NCBI GenBank assembly: GCA_902528505.1
Contig: CABZSY010000001.1
Coordinates: 1 to 56,631 of the forward strand
Source: an uncultured Pelagibacteraceae bacterium
GTDB taxonomy: Bacteria > Pseudomonadota > Alphaproteobacteria > Pelagibacterales > Pelagibacteraceae
Reading direction: 5' to 3'
Length of the DNA stretch: 56,631 bases
Of the stretch, positions 42,002-51,294 are shown piece after piece. Below the pieces are notes generated by a model. It was not told the origin of the DNA. It made no database searches and saw nothing but the letters and a program-made list of their open reading frames with translations. Both the position numbers and the translations under genes were made by a program. Numbering within the stretch: the stretch's first letter is position 1; each line of letters opens with the position of its first letter.

Positions 42002-43336
42002 CTACTGTCCATATAAGAGAGTTGGCAGCCAGAGGGCAATTTTGGGAAAAATAATAATTAAAACTAAACCAATTACCTGTAGAACCATAAATTGCATCAT
42101 GCCATAATAAATATCTTTTAAATCCCACTCAGGCACTACTCCTTTTAAAAAATAAGCCGAAAGAGCTACAGGTGGGGAAAGCCATGCAGTTTGTAAATTA
42201 ACCGCAACCAATATTGCAAACCAAGTTAAGTTAAATCCTAAAGCCTCAACTAAAGGTAAAATGATTGGAACTATAATCATAACGATTGGCACCCATTCCA
42301 GTGGCCATCCTAACAAAAAAATCATAACCATTATCATGGCTAAGATTAAGTACTTATTCATTTCTAGACCTAATAGAAACTCTGTTAACAGTGTTGGAGT
42401 ACCTAATCTTGCAAAAACTGCTCCAAAAAAGTTTGAAGCAGCAACTAAAACCATTATTAATGCTGTAATCTCTAAAGTTTTAACTAAAGCATCTTGTAAT
42501 TTTGGAAGAGTTAACTTTCTATAAGCTATCGAAAGAAGTAAAGCACCCATTGCACCACAACCTGCTGCTTCTGTTGGTGTAGCAAAACCAAATAAAATAC
42601 TTCCTAAAGCTGCAAAAACTAAAGCTGCAGGGGGAACTAATCCAAGGAAAAATTCAACCCATACTTCTTTCATGCTAGCAGCTCGCATTTCCTCTGGAAG
42701 AACTGGGCCTAATTTTGGGTTAATCATACATCTAATTGTGGTGTAACCAGCGTATAAACTTGCAAGAAGAATTCCTGGGATTATAGCAGCCGCAAATAAA
42801 TCGATTACTGGAATTTCCATGATGGGTCCCATGACAACAAGCATAATGCTTGGAGGTATTAATATCCCTAAAGTCCCTCCAGCAGTTATAGTTCCTGCTG
42901 CTAACCTTACATCATATCCTGATCTATTCATTGACTTAGCAGCCATAATTCCCAAAATAGTAACTGATGCACCAACAATTCCTGTTGCTGCAGCAAAAAT
43001 CACGGAAACAAATAATACTGCATAATATAAAGATCCTTTTACTTTTGCTAACATCATTTGGAATGAAGAAAATAATCTCTCCATCAAACCTGCTTGCTCC
43101 ATCATTATCCCCATAAAGACAAAGAGCGGGACTGCGGCGAGTGTTTGTTCGGTCATGACCATCGAAAATTGTAGGGTCATTAGGTAAAATACTAGTTTAC
43201 CAAAACCTAAATAACCAAAAACAAATCCTAAAAAAATTAATGTAAATGAAATCGGAAAACCAACAAAGATAGCAAAAAGCATTACCCCTACAAGAATAAA
43301 ACCTAAAATAGCTGGATCTATAAGTTCAGCAATCAT
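42002..43336 (-). CDS. dctM: TRAP transporter large permease
   Basis: AVPLFVFMG, GGTLGILIPPSI, TPTEAA, LSPPVA; start set to ATG 43336 overlapping the dctQ stop. Confidence 0.93.
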   Translation of the reverse strand: MIAELIDPAILGFILVGVMLFAIFVGFPISFTLIFLGFVFGYLGFGKLVFYLMTLQFSMVMTEQTLAAVPLFVFMGIMMEQAGLMERLFSSFQMMLAKVKGSLYYAVLFVSVIFAAATGIVGASVTILGIMAAKSMNRSGYDVRLAAGTITAGGTLGILIPPSIMLVVMGPIMEIPVIDLFAAAIIPGILLASLYAGYTTIRCMINPKLGPVLPEEMRAASMKEVWVEFFLGLVPPAALVFAALGSILFGFATPTEAAGCGAMGALLLSIAYRKLTLPKLQDALVKTLEITALIMVLVAASNFFGAVFARLGTPTLLTEFLLGLEMNKYLILAMIMVMIFLLGWPLEWVPIVMIIVPIILPLVEALGFNLTWFAILVAVNLQTAWLSPPVALSAYFLKGVVPEWDLKDIYYGMMQFMVLQVIGLVLIIIFPKIALWLPTLLYGQ

Positions 43337-43947
43337 TTTTCTTCTCCAGGCCATTGACCTTTTGTGGCAGCCCAATAACTTTTAAATAACTCTGAAATTC
43401 CTTGTATTAATAAAAAAACGATCCCAATCAATAAACAAGATTTGATAGGCCACATATAAGGCATCCATGTAGTGTCCATACCTTTCTCGCCTCTTTGAAT
43501 AGACTCTCCAACAAATCCAATTGTCATATAAAGGAAAACTAATAATCCTGGAAAATAAAATAAAAGATATAGCCAAAAATCTATCTTACCTTGGTTTTTA
43601 GTTTTGAAATTTCTATATAAAAAGTCAGCTCTTATATGTACACCTTTAGAAAGAGCGTATGCAGCACCTAACATGAATAATGCTCCATACAAAAAACGGC
43701 TTATATCGTAAGCCCAAATTGTTGGGGCTAGGAATAATTTTCTTGCAAGTACTTCATAAGTCATTGCAAAAATTAAAGGCATTAAAATCCAGCAAACAAC
43801 ATTGCCGACCCATTTACTAAATTTATCAATATTAACTATAGAGCTAGCCATCCATGATGGCATATCTTCCGGCATTTTACCTGAACCACCTCGCCTTTCG
43901 GCAATCATTTCATCAGATATATCCAATTTAGTTGGTTCGTCTGCCAT
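43333..43947 (-). CDS. dctQ: TRAP transporter small permease
   Basis: 4-TM pattern; YEVLAR, PTIWAYD, HIRADF. Confidence 0.92.
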   Translation of the reverse strand: MADEPTKLDISDEMIAERRGGSGKMPEDMPSWMASSIVNIDKFSKWVGNVVCWILMPLIFAMTYEVLARKLFLAPTIWAYDISRFLYGALFMLGAAYALSKGVHIRADFLYRNFKTKNQGKIDFWLYLLFYFPGLLVFLYMTIGFVGESIQRGEKGMDTTWMPYMWPIKSCLLIGIVFLLIQGISELFKSYWAATKGQWPGEEK

Positions 43948-43958
43948 ATAAATTCTGT

Positions 43959-43996
43959 AAAAAAAATTAGAGCGGACAACTAAGTCCGCTCTAATT
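43959..43996 (-). terminator. Hairpin plus U-tract between dctP and dctQ
   Basis: Perfect 13-bp inverted repeat AATTAGAGCGGAC-N6-GTCCGCTCTAATT (43965-43996), followed by a T-run on the minus strand. Confidence 0.85.
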
Positions 43997-44018
43997 ATAA
44001 TTTAAGATTAATTACTGA

Positions 44019-45113
44019 TTACTTTAATGTTGCTGCGTGAGCCATACCTAGCTTAGCATTTGACATTTGAGAACCACTCCAGAAAGGAACTGCTATATCA
44101 GCAAATTCTTTCATTGAAGTATATACTTCATTGAAAAATTTGTTATCTGCAGCATTCTTGTTTAAAGAAGCTTTTGCAGCAGCCATATATTCTGTGAAAT
44201 AATCTGAAGGTGTATCTTCTAAAATTACTCCATGAACTTCTGTAAGTTCTTTCAAAGCTTTACCATTCTCATAGATTCTGTAACTTAAAGATTTTGCTAA
44301 TGATGCGTTAGCAGCTACTTCAAGTGACTTCTTCTCATGATCAGACATTGCATTGTAAGTTTTTCCAGTAATATAAAAATCAGCATTTACTACTACTTGG
44401 TGTAAACCTTGCAGGTAGTAGTGCTTCAATACTTTTTGGAAACCAAAAGTTAAGTCTGGTTTTGGACAACACCATTCAGCAGCATCAATTGTACCTGCTT
44501 CCAAAGCTGGTAGAATGTCTCCACCGCCCATAGCTACAGATGCTATACCGATATCTTTATAAGTTTGTCCTGGAATTCCTGGAGGAGTTCTGAATTTATA
44601 TTTTCTAAAGTCAGCCATATCTTTAATTGGTTTTGGAAACCAACCTAAAGCTTCTGGTCCGACTGGTTGAATCATAAATCCTTTAATGTCTCTTCCCATT
44701 TCTTTCCATAATTGGTCATATAGTTCTTTTCCACCACCATATTGGAACCAAGATAAGAATGCGATATTATCAATACCTACACCACCACCAGCAACTGGCG
44801 AACCAAATAACATTGCTGCTGGGTGATCGCCTGACCAATAGTGAGTCCATGCGAAACCACAATCGATTAGACCCTTATCAACTGCGTCTAAAGTTTCTTT
44901 TACACCAACAACAGCTCCTGCAGGTAAAATTTCAAACTTTAGAGATCCAGCTGTTAAAGTTGTAACAGTGTCAGTAAAATCCTTTAACATCTTAACTTCA
45001 TCAGCTTTAGTATTAAGAACCGTCTGACATTTTAGTGTTTTTGCAGCATTAGCATTTGAAATAAATCCAAACACCATTGCAACCGCAAATAACATTGAAA
45101 TGATTTTTTTCAT
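44019..45113 (-). CDS. dctP: TRAP transporter substrate-binding protein (candidate sulfonate binder)
   Basis: Signal peptide; LPAGAVVG, GWFPKPI, KFRTPPG, GTIDAAEW; purine-rich RBS AGAGAGGG upstream. Confidence 0.92.
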   Translation of the reverse strand: MKKIISMLFAVAMVFGFISNANAAKTLKCQTVLNTKADEVKMLKDFTDTVTTLTAGSLKFEILPAGAVVGVKETLDAVDKGLIDCGFAWTHYWSGDHPAAMLFGSPVAGGGVGIDNIAFLSWFQYGGGKELYDQLWKEMGRDIKGFMIQPVGPEALGWFPKPIKDMADFRKYKFRTPPGIPGQTYKDIGIASVAMGGGDILPALEAGTIDAAEWCCPKPDLTFGFQKVLKHYYLQGLHQVVVNADFYITGKTYNAMSDHEKKSLEVAANASLAKSLSYRIYENGKALKELTEVHGVILEDTPSDYFTEYMAAAKASLNKNAADNKFFNEVYTSMKEFADIAVPFWSGSQMSNAKLGMAHAATLK

Positions 45114-45254
45114 TTTTTTCCCTCTCTTTATTTTTAAAAAATTAAGCTTCTCTTATATTGAAATTCAAAACAAGCACTAAAATCGACATATTATTAAATT
45201 TTTTCACAGATTTATTAGAAAAAAAAAAATATTTACTTATAAAGGATCTAATTT

Positions 45255-46850
45255 ATGAATAATTACGATTTTATAATACTTGGTGCTGGATCAGCTGGGT
45301 GTGTACTCGCAAATAGATTATCAGAAAATCCTAGTCATAAAGTTTTACTTTTGGAGGCTGGTGGTAAAGATAACTATCCCTGGATACATATACCTGTTGG
45401 TTATTTTAAAACTATGCATAACCCAAAGACTGACTGGTGCTACAAAACTGAGCCTGATGAAAGTATGAACAACATTTCAATTAGATATCCTAGGGGTAAA
45501 ACGTTAGGGGGAAGTTCATCAATTAATGGATTGTTATATATAAGAGGTCAAAATAGAGACTATGATGTTTGGAGACAATTAGGAAATACTGGTTGGGGAT
45601 GGGATGATGTATTACCTTATTTTATAAAAGCTGAAGATCAAGAGAGAGGTAAAAATGAATTTCATGGTGTAAATGGACCACTAGCAGTTTCTGATCAAAG
45701 AATCCATCTCCCACTTTTAGATGAGTTTCAAAATGCAGCTGAAGAGTTTGGAATACCTAAAACAAAAGATTTTAACACAGGAAATAATCATGGGTGTGGA
45801 TATTTTCAAGTTACAGAGAAAGATGGTTTTAGATGCAGCACATCTGTAGGATATTTAAATCCAATTAAAAATAGAAAAAATTTAGAAATTATTACTCACG
45901 CACATGTAAAAAAAATAATCTTTGAAAACAAAATAGCTAAAGGAGTTCAATTTTGGCAAGGAGATGAATTAAAAAAAGTAGAGGCTAACAGAGAAATAAT
46001 ATTATCCTCGGGTGCTATTGGCTCGCCACAAATTTTACAGGTATCAGGAATTGGAAGTTCTGAAAAATTAAAAAATCTTGGAATAGAAATGGTACATAAT
46101 TTAGATGGAGTTGGAGAAAATTTACATGATCATCTTATGTTAAGACCTATTTATAAAATAAATGGTCTAAAATCTTTAAACAAAAAAATAAATAGTCTAT
46201 TTGGAAATTTAATGATTGGATTGGAATATATTTTTAGGAGAACTGGTCCCATGACAATGGGAGCTAGTCAACTTTGCATGTTTGCCAAAAGTGACTCTTC
46301 ACTAGAATTACCGGATTTGCAATGGCATGTTCAGCCAATGAGTATGGATACATTGGGTGCAACCAAAAATCATGACTTCCATGCTTTTACACCAACGGTG
46401 TCCAACATAAAACCTACTAGCAGAGGTCATGTAAGTATAGTTGACAAAGACTCTAGAACTTACGCTAAAATAAAACAAAACTATCTATCTACTGATAATG
46501 ATAGAATGATTGCAGCTAAAAGTCTGAAATTAACAAGAAAAATAATAATGGAGTCTGAAACTTTTAAAAAGTATTCACCTGAAGAATATAGACCTGGAAT
46601 AAACATTAATGATGATGAGGAGTTAGTGAAAGAGGCTTCAAATTATGCTCAAACTATTTTTCATCCCGTTGGTACTTGTAAAATGGGTCAGGATGAAATG
46701 TCAGTGGTTGACGAAAAACTAAGGGTCAGAGGAGTAAATAATCTTAGAGTGATTGATGCATCCATAATGCCAAATATTACGTCAGGCAACACTAATGCTC
46801 CTACAATAATGATTGCAGAAAAAGGTGCAGACATGATACTTAATCATTAA
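45255..46850 (+). CDS. GMC-family flavin oxidoreductase (candidate isethionate dehydrogenase IseJ)
   Basis: GAGSAG, PRGKTLGGSSSING, GENLHDH, HPVGTCKMG, SGNTNAPTIMIAEK; substrate inferred only from context. Confidence 0.85.
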   Translation: MNNYDFIILGAGSAGCVLANRLSENPSHKVLLLEAGGKDNYPWIHIPVGYFKTMHNPKTDWCYKTEPDESMNNISIRYPRGKTLGGSSSINGLLYIRGQNRDYDVWRQLGNTGWGWDDVLPYFIKAEDQERGKNEFHGVNGPLAVSDQRIHLPLLDEFQNAAEEFGIPKTKDFNTGNNHGCGYFQVTEKDGFRCSTSVGYLNPIKNRKNLEIITHAHVKKIIFENKIAKGVQFWQGDELKKVEANREIILSSGAIGSPQILQVSGIGSSEKLKNLGIEMVHNLDGVGENLHDHLMLRPIYKINGLKSLNKKINSLFGNLMIGLEYIFRRTGPMTMGASQLCMFAKSDSSLELPDLQWHVQPMSMDTLGATKNHDFHAFTPTVSNIKPTSRGHVSIVDKDSRTYAKIKQNYLSTDNDRMIAAKSLKLTRKIIMESETFKKYSPEEYRPGININDDEELVKEASNYAQTIFHPVGTCKMGQDEMSVVDEKLRVRGVNNLRVIDASIMPNITSGNTNAPTIMIAEKGADMILNH

Positions 46851-47443
46851 TGTTTGTTGAATTATTTGCTCCTGAACAAATAGCAATTTTAACACAAATA
46901 ATATTCATTGATCTAGTTTTAGCTGGAGATAACGCAATTATCATTGGTATGGTTGCATCCAAATTTCCACCTGAACAAAGAAAAAAAGTTATTTTTTGGG
47001 GTATAGGGGGTGCAGTAATACTTAGAATAATATTAACACTTCTTACTGCTTATCTTTTACAGATTACAGGGATAAGACTTATTGGAGGACTTTTATTGCT
47101 TTATATTGTTTACAAACTTTACGTAGATGTAATTAAAGGATCTGAAAAAGAGGAAGATATTAAAGTAGATAACTCTAGTTTCTTAAGAGCAATTTGGACT
47201 GTTCTTTTAGCTGATTTCACAATGAGTTTAGATAATGTTTTGGGTGTTGCGGGTGCTGCTGGTGAACATTATGGACTTCTTGTATTTGGTTTAATTTTAT
47301 CAATTATGTTGATGGCTACAGCTGCTACACTAATATCTGGATGGATTAAAAAATATAAATGGATAGCATGGCTTGGATTATTAGCAATTTTGGTTGTTGC
47401 AGTTGAGTTGATTTACACAGATATTAAAATATTATTATTATAA
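46850..47443 (+). CDS. TerC/YjbE-family membrane protein
   Basis: IDLVLAGDNAIII and ADFTMSLDNVLGVAG motifs. Confidence 0.9.
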   Translation: MFVELFAPEQIAILTQIIFIDLVLAGDNAIIIGMVASKFPPEQRKKVIFWGIGGAVILRIILTLLTAYLLQITGIRLIGGLLLLYIVYKLYVDVIKGSEKEEDIKVDNSSFLRAIWTVLLADFTMSLDNVLGVAGAAGEHYGLLVFGLILSIMLMATAATLISGWIKKYKWIAWLGLLAILVVAVELIYTDIKILLL

Positions 47444-48201
47444 TGTATCTTCAGAAAATAAATCTCAAAAAAAAATATGCTTTAGTAACTGGTGCTGGAA
47501 AAGGACTTGGAAGAGCTTGCTCTATTGCACTAGCAGAAGCAGGTGCAACAGTTATTGCATTGAGTAGAACTCAATCTGATTTAAACAAATTAGAAAAAGA
47601 TATTAAAAAAGTTAAAGGCAAAGTCATTAAAATTGAGTGTGATGTGATGAACTATAAAGATTTGAGAGAAAAATTAAATAAAATTAAAATTATTGATATA
47701 TTAGTTAATAATGCTGGGACAAATATTCCTGAACCTTTTGAAAAAATAAAACAATCAAGCATGAACTATTTAGTGGATTTAAACCTTAAAGCTGCATTTA
47801 ATGTTGCTCAATTGGTTGTAAAAAAAATGATTAAAAATAAAAAAAGATCTGGTTCGATTATAAATATGTCTTCACAACTTGGTCATGTAGGAATGATTGG
47901 AAGAAATGTTTATAATATGACTAAATTTGGAATAGAAGGATTAACTAAGGGAATGGGTGTTGAATTAGCAAAAAAAAATATTAGAGTTAACTCGGTAGCT
48001 CCAACATTTGTTGAAACCCCAATGGTAAAAAAATTTTTTAAAAATGATAAGTTTAAAAAACTGGTTTTGGGTAAAATTCCAATAGGAAAAGTTGCAACTG
48101 AAAGTGATATTGCTACTACAGTTTGCTTTTTAGCATCTCCAGCTTCTTCTATGATCACTGGAACATCAATTATAATAGATGGTGGATGGACAGCTCAATA
48201 A
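47443..48201 (+). CDS. Short-chain dehydrogenase (HpsO-like candidate)
   Basis: TGAGKGLG, NNAG, SSQLGHVG, YNMTK, PTFVETP, DGGWTA. Confidence 0.85.
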   Translation: MYLQKINLKKKYALVTGAGKGLGRACSIALAEAGATVIALSRTQSDLNKLEKDIKKVKGKVIKIECDVMNYKDLREKLNKIKIIDILVNNAGTNIPEPFEKIKQSSMNYLVDLNLKAAFNVAQLVVKKMIKNKKRSGSIINMSSQLGHVGMIGRNVYNMTKFGIEGLTKGMGVELAKKNIRVNSVAPTFVETPMVKKFFKNDKFKKLVLGKIPIGKVATESDIATTVCFLASPASSMITGTSIIIDGGWTAQ

Positions 48202-48986
48202 TTTACAGAATTTTTCTAGTTTTATTATTTTTAATATCTCCTGTATATGCAATTGAGTTTCAAGGAAAATTTTTACAAGGCCATTTCATACTTGGTCTAA
48301 CTAACCCTAATGCTCAAATTTTAGTTGGGAAAAAAGAGGTAAAAGTCTCAAAGGATGGAGACTTTGTTTTTGGAATCGATAGAGACCAAAAATATGATCT
48401 TACTTTTACAAAAATTCTCAATGGAAAAAAAACAACATTTACGAAAAAAGTTCTTAAAAGAAAATATAACATTCAAAGAATTGATGGTCTCGAAGAAAGT
48501 AAGGTTACTCCCCCTGAATCTGTATACAAAAGAATTAAAAAAGAAAACAATGCAATAGGTGAAGCAAGAGCAATAAATTCAAATCTGCAATATTTTAAAG
48601 AAAAATTTATTATGCCAGTTGAAGGAATTATAAGTGGTGTTTATGGCAGTCAACGGATTTTAAATGGTAAACCACGATGGCCGCACTATGGAATTGATAT
48701 TGCTGCTAAACAAGGAACGATGATTAAATCCTCTGGATCTGGAACTGTAACTATGGCAGAAGATGATTTATATTATACCGGAGGAACCGTAATAATGGAT
48801 CACGGCCATGGAATTTCTACAATATACTCACACCTTGAAAATGTTTTAGTCTCAGTAGGTGATAATATTAATCAAGGAGATATCATTGGAACAGTTGGTT
48901 CAACTGGAAGATCAACTGGCCCACATCTAGATTTTAGAGTTAATTGGTTTCAAACTAGACTGGATCCAATGTCAGTAATAAATTAA
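48186..48986 (+). CDS. M23-family metallopeptidase
   Basis: HYGID, YSH and STGPHL zinc motifs; start set to ATG 48186 ahead of a signal-like segment. Confidence 0.9.
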   Translation: MDSSIIYRIFLVLLFLISPVYAIEFQGKFLQGHFILGLTNPNAQILVGKKEVKVSKDGDFVFGIDRDQKYDLTFTKILNGKKTTFTKKVLKRKYNIQRIDGLEESKVTPPESVYKRIKKENNAIGEARAINSNLQYFKEKFIMPVEGIISGVYGSQRILNGKPRWPHYGIDIAAKQGTMIKSSGSGTVTMAEDDLYYTGGTVIMDHGHGISTIYSHLENVLVSVGDNINQGDIIGTVGSTGRSTGPHLDFRVNWFQTRLDPMSVIN

Positions 48987-48989
48987 ATC

Positions 48990-49112
48990 ATGCAAACATT
49001 AATACTTACAGCTTTAGTTATTGTTATAGTTTGGGTTTTATTCCGTCCAATTACCAAAAAAGAACTAGATAGATACAATAATAAAAACTGGCCAGATACA
49101 GATCTACATTAA
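48990..49112 (+). CDS. 40-aa single-TM microprotein, RPITK family copy 2
   Basis: Hand-translated MQTLILTALVIVIVWVLFRPITKKELDRYNNKNWPDTDLH; starts 3 nt after the M23 stop; stop shares TTAA with xsc. Confidence 0.8.
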   Translation: MQTLILTALVIVIVWVLFRPITKKELDRYNNKNWPDTDLH

Positions 49113-50893
49113 GAACTTAAAGAAGGCTGTTTCTTCATATCTTCTTTTTTAATACCAGCAACCCTAACTGGTTTTTTCATCGCATCTCGTCTAAATGGTT
49201 CACCAAGCTCTTGATTTAAAATTACTTCAATAAATGTTGTAATTCCCTTCTTTTGATCATCACAGGATTGCTTGATAGCATTGGTAGTTTCTTCCATTGT
49301 TTTAACTGTTACTCCTTTTAAACCACAAGCATCAGCTACCTTTGCATAACTAAGTTCTGGATCAAGTTCAGTTCCAACAAAATTATCATCAAACCATAAG
49401 ATAGAATTTCTTTTTTCTGCTCCCCATTGATAGTTTCTAAATATTACCATTGTTATTGAAGGCCATTCCTCTCTTGCACATGAACTCATTTCATTCATGC
49501 TTATGCCAAATGCTCCATCACCCGCAAAACCAATAACTGGTGTATCTGGACATCCAATTTTTGCACCCAAAATTGACGGAAAACCATATCCACAAGGGCC
49601 AAATAATCCTGGTGCTAAATACTTTCTTCCTTTTTCAAATGTTGGATAAGCGTTTCCAATTGCACAATTATTTCCAATATCACTTGAAATAATTACATCC
49701 TCTGGCATCCCAGCTTGTATTGCTCTCCAAGCTTGTCTGGGGGACATCCTGTCTGAATCTCTTTCCCTTGCCTCTTTATTCCAAACTGTTCCCTCGTCAT
49801 CTTCTTCATGATCTAAACTTGATAATTTTTGTAACCATGCAGATTTAGTTTGATGAATTATATCTTTTCTTTTTTGTCTATCTTTATCACCTGCAGTGGG
49901 TGAAAGTTGAGTAAGTAATTGTTGAGCAACCAATTTAGCATCTCCACAAATACCAACTGAGACTTTTTTTGTTAAACCAATTCGATCTGAGTTCATATCA
50001 ACTTGAATAATACTTGCATCTTTTGGCCAGTAATCCATTCCATAACCTGGTAAAGTTGAAAAAGGGTTAAGTCTTGTTCCCAAAGCTAAAACTACATCAG
50101 CTTGTTTAATTAATTCCATACCAGCTTTTGAACCATTGTAGCCTAAAGGTCCTGCTGCTAAAGGATGACTTCCTGGAAAGCTATCATTGTGCTGATAACC
50201 AGAGCAAACTGGGGCATCTAATTTTTCTGCAAGTTTTTTACAATCTTCAATAGCACCTCCAATAACTACACCTGCTCCAGATAAAATTACTGGAAATTTT
50301 GCATTAGATAACAAATCTGCAGCTTTTTTAATTGCATCAACACCACCAGCTTGTCTTTCTAATCTAACAATCGGAGGTAGATCTATATCAATAACTTGAG
50401 TCCAATAATCTCTTGGTACATTGATTTGTGCTGGAGCTGATCCTCTTATAGCTTTTTCAATAACTCTATTTAATACCTCTGCCATTCTTGATGGATCTCT
50501 AACTTCTTCTTGATAACAAACCATATCTTTAAATAAATTCATTTGTTCAACCTCTTGAAAGCCACCTTGGCCCATAGTTTTGTTAGCAGCTTGAGGTGTA
50601 ACCAATAAAAGAGGTGTATGATTCCAGTAAGCGGTTTTAATTGGTGTTACCAAACCTGTAATTCCAGGACCATTTTGAGCAATAACCATTGACATTTTAC
50701 CTGTAGCTCTTGTGTAACCATCTGCAATTAATCCACCATTAGTTTCGTGAGCAACATCCCAGAATGTGATACCAGCATCTGGAAAAATATCTGAAATTGG
50801 CATAAAGGCTGAGCCAATAATTCCAAAGGCGTGTTCAATTCCGTGCATTTGTAAAACTTTTACAAAAGCTTCTTCTGTTGTCATTTTTGTCAT
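49109..50893 (-). CDS. xsc: Sulfoacetaldehyde acetyltransferase
   Basis: MTTEEAFVKVLQMHGIEHAFGIIGSA, QNGPG, GDGAFG ThDP motif, FRNYQWGAEKRN, ELGEPFRRDAM. Confidence 0.95.
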   Translation of the reverse strand: MTKMTTEEAFVKVLQMHGIEHAFGIIGSAFMPISDIFPDAGITFWDVAHETNGGLIADGYTRATGKMSMVIAQNGPGITGLVTPIKTAYWNHTPLLLVTPQAANKTMGQGGFQEVEQMNLFKDMVCYQEEVRDPSRMAEVLNRVIEKAIRGSAPAQINVPRDYWTQVIDIDLPPIVRLERQAGGVDAIKKAADLLSNAKFPVILSGAGVVIGGAIEDCKKLAEKLDAPVCSGYQHNDSFPGSHPLAAGPLGYNGSKAGMELIKQADVVLALGTRLNPFSTLPGYGMDYWPKDASIIQVDMNSDRIGLTKKVSVGICGDAKLVAQQLLTQLSPTAGDKDRQKRKDIIHQTKSAWLQKLSSLDHEEDDEGTVWNKEARERDSDRMSPRQAWRAIQAGMPEDVIISSDIGNNCAIGNAYPTFEKGRKYLAPGLFGPCGYGFPSILGAKIGCPDTPVIGFAGDGAFGISMNEMSSCAREEWPSITMVIFRNYQWGAEKRNSILWFDDNFVGTELDPELSYAKVADACGLKGVTVKTMEETTNAIKQSCDDQKKGITTFIEVILNQELGEPFRRDAMKKPVRVAGIKKEDMKKQPSLSS

Positions 50894-51005
50894 AAACTAG
50901 TGCCTCTTTAATGTATAAATTTAATACTTTTAAAATTCGTTTGTTAATTTTAGGGATTAATATATAAGATTTCGGGAAATTCAAACAAACATTTCGACAC
51001 TATAT

Positions 51006-51290
51006 ATGGCAACAGATATTATAATTCATGATAAAAAAGATAACGTGGGCGTAGTGGTAATAGAAAAAATCACTGCAAAACAAGATTGTTCTTGTTGGAT
51101 AATGGAAGATGATAGCACAGTAAATATACAATCGTTAGATGAAATACCCTTGGGTCACAAAATTGCTATGACTGATCTAAATGTGGGTGATACGATTTTA
51201 AAATATGGTCACGATATTGGTAAAGTTGTAAAATCTGCGAAAAAAGGCGAGCATGTACATGTTCATAATGTGAAAACTAAAAAATGGTAA
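51006..51290 (+). CDS. suyA: (2R)-sulfolactate sulfo-lyase alpha subunit (UxaA N-terminal/SAF domain)
   Basis: [38 protein letters not shown]. Confidence 0.85.
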   Translation: MATDIIIHDKKDNVGVVVIEKITAKQDCSCWIMEDDSTVNIQSLDEIPLGHKIAMTDLNVGDTILKYGHDIGKVVKSAKKGEHVHVHNVKTKKW

Positions 51291-51294
51291 TGTA

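Noticed and set aside
50939-50990. GTTTGTT/AACAAAC inverted pair between xsc and suyA as an operator
   Set aside because: 7-bp low-complexity arms far apart in AT-rich DNA; plausible by chance
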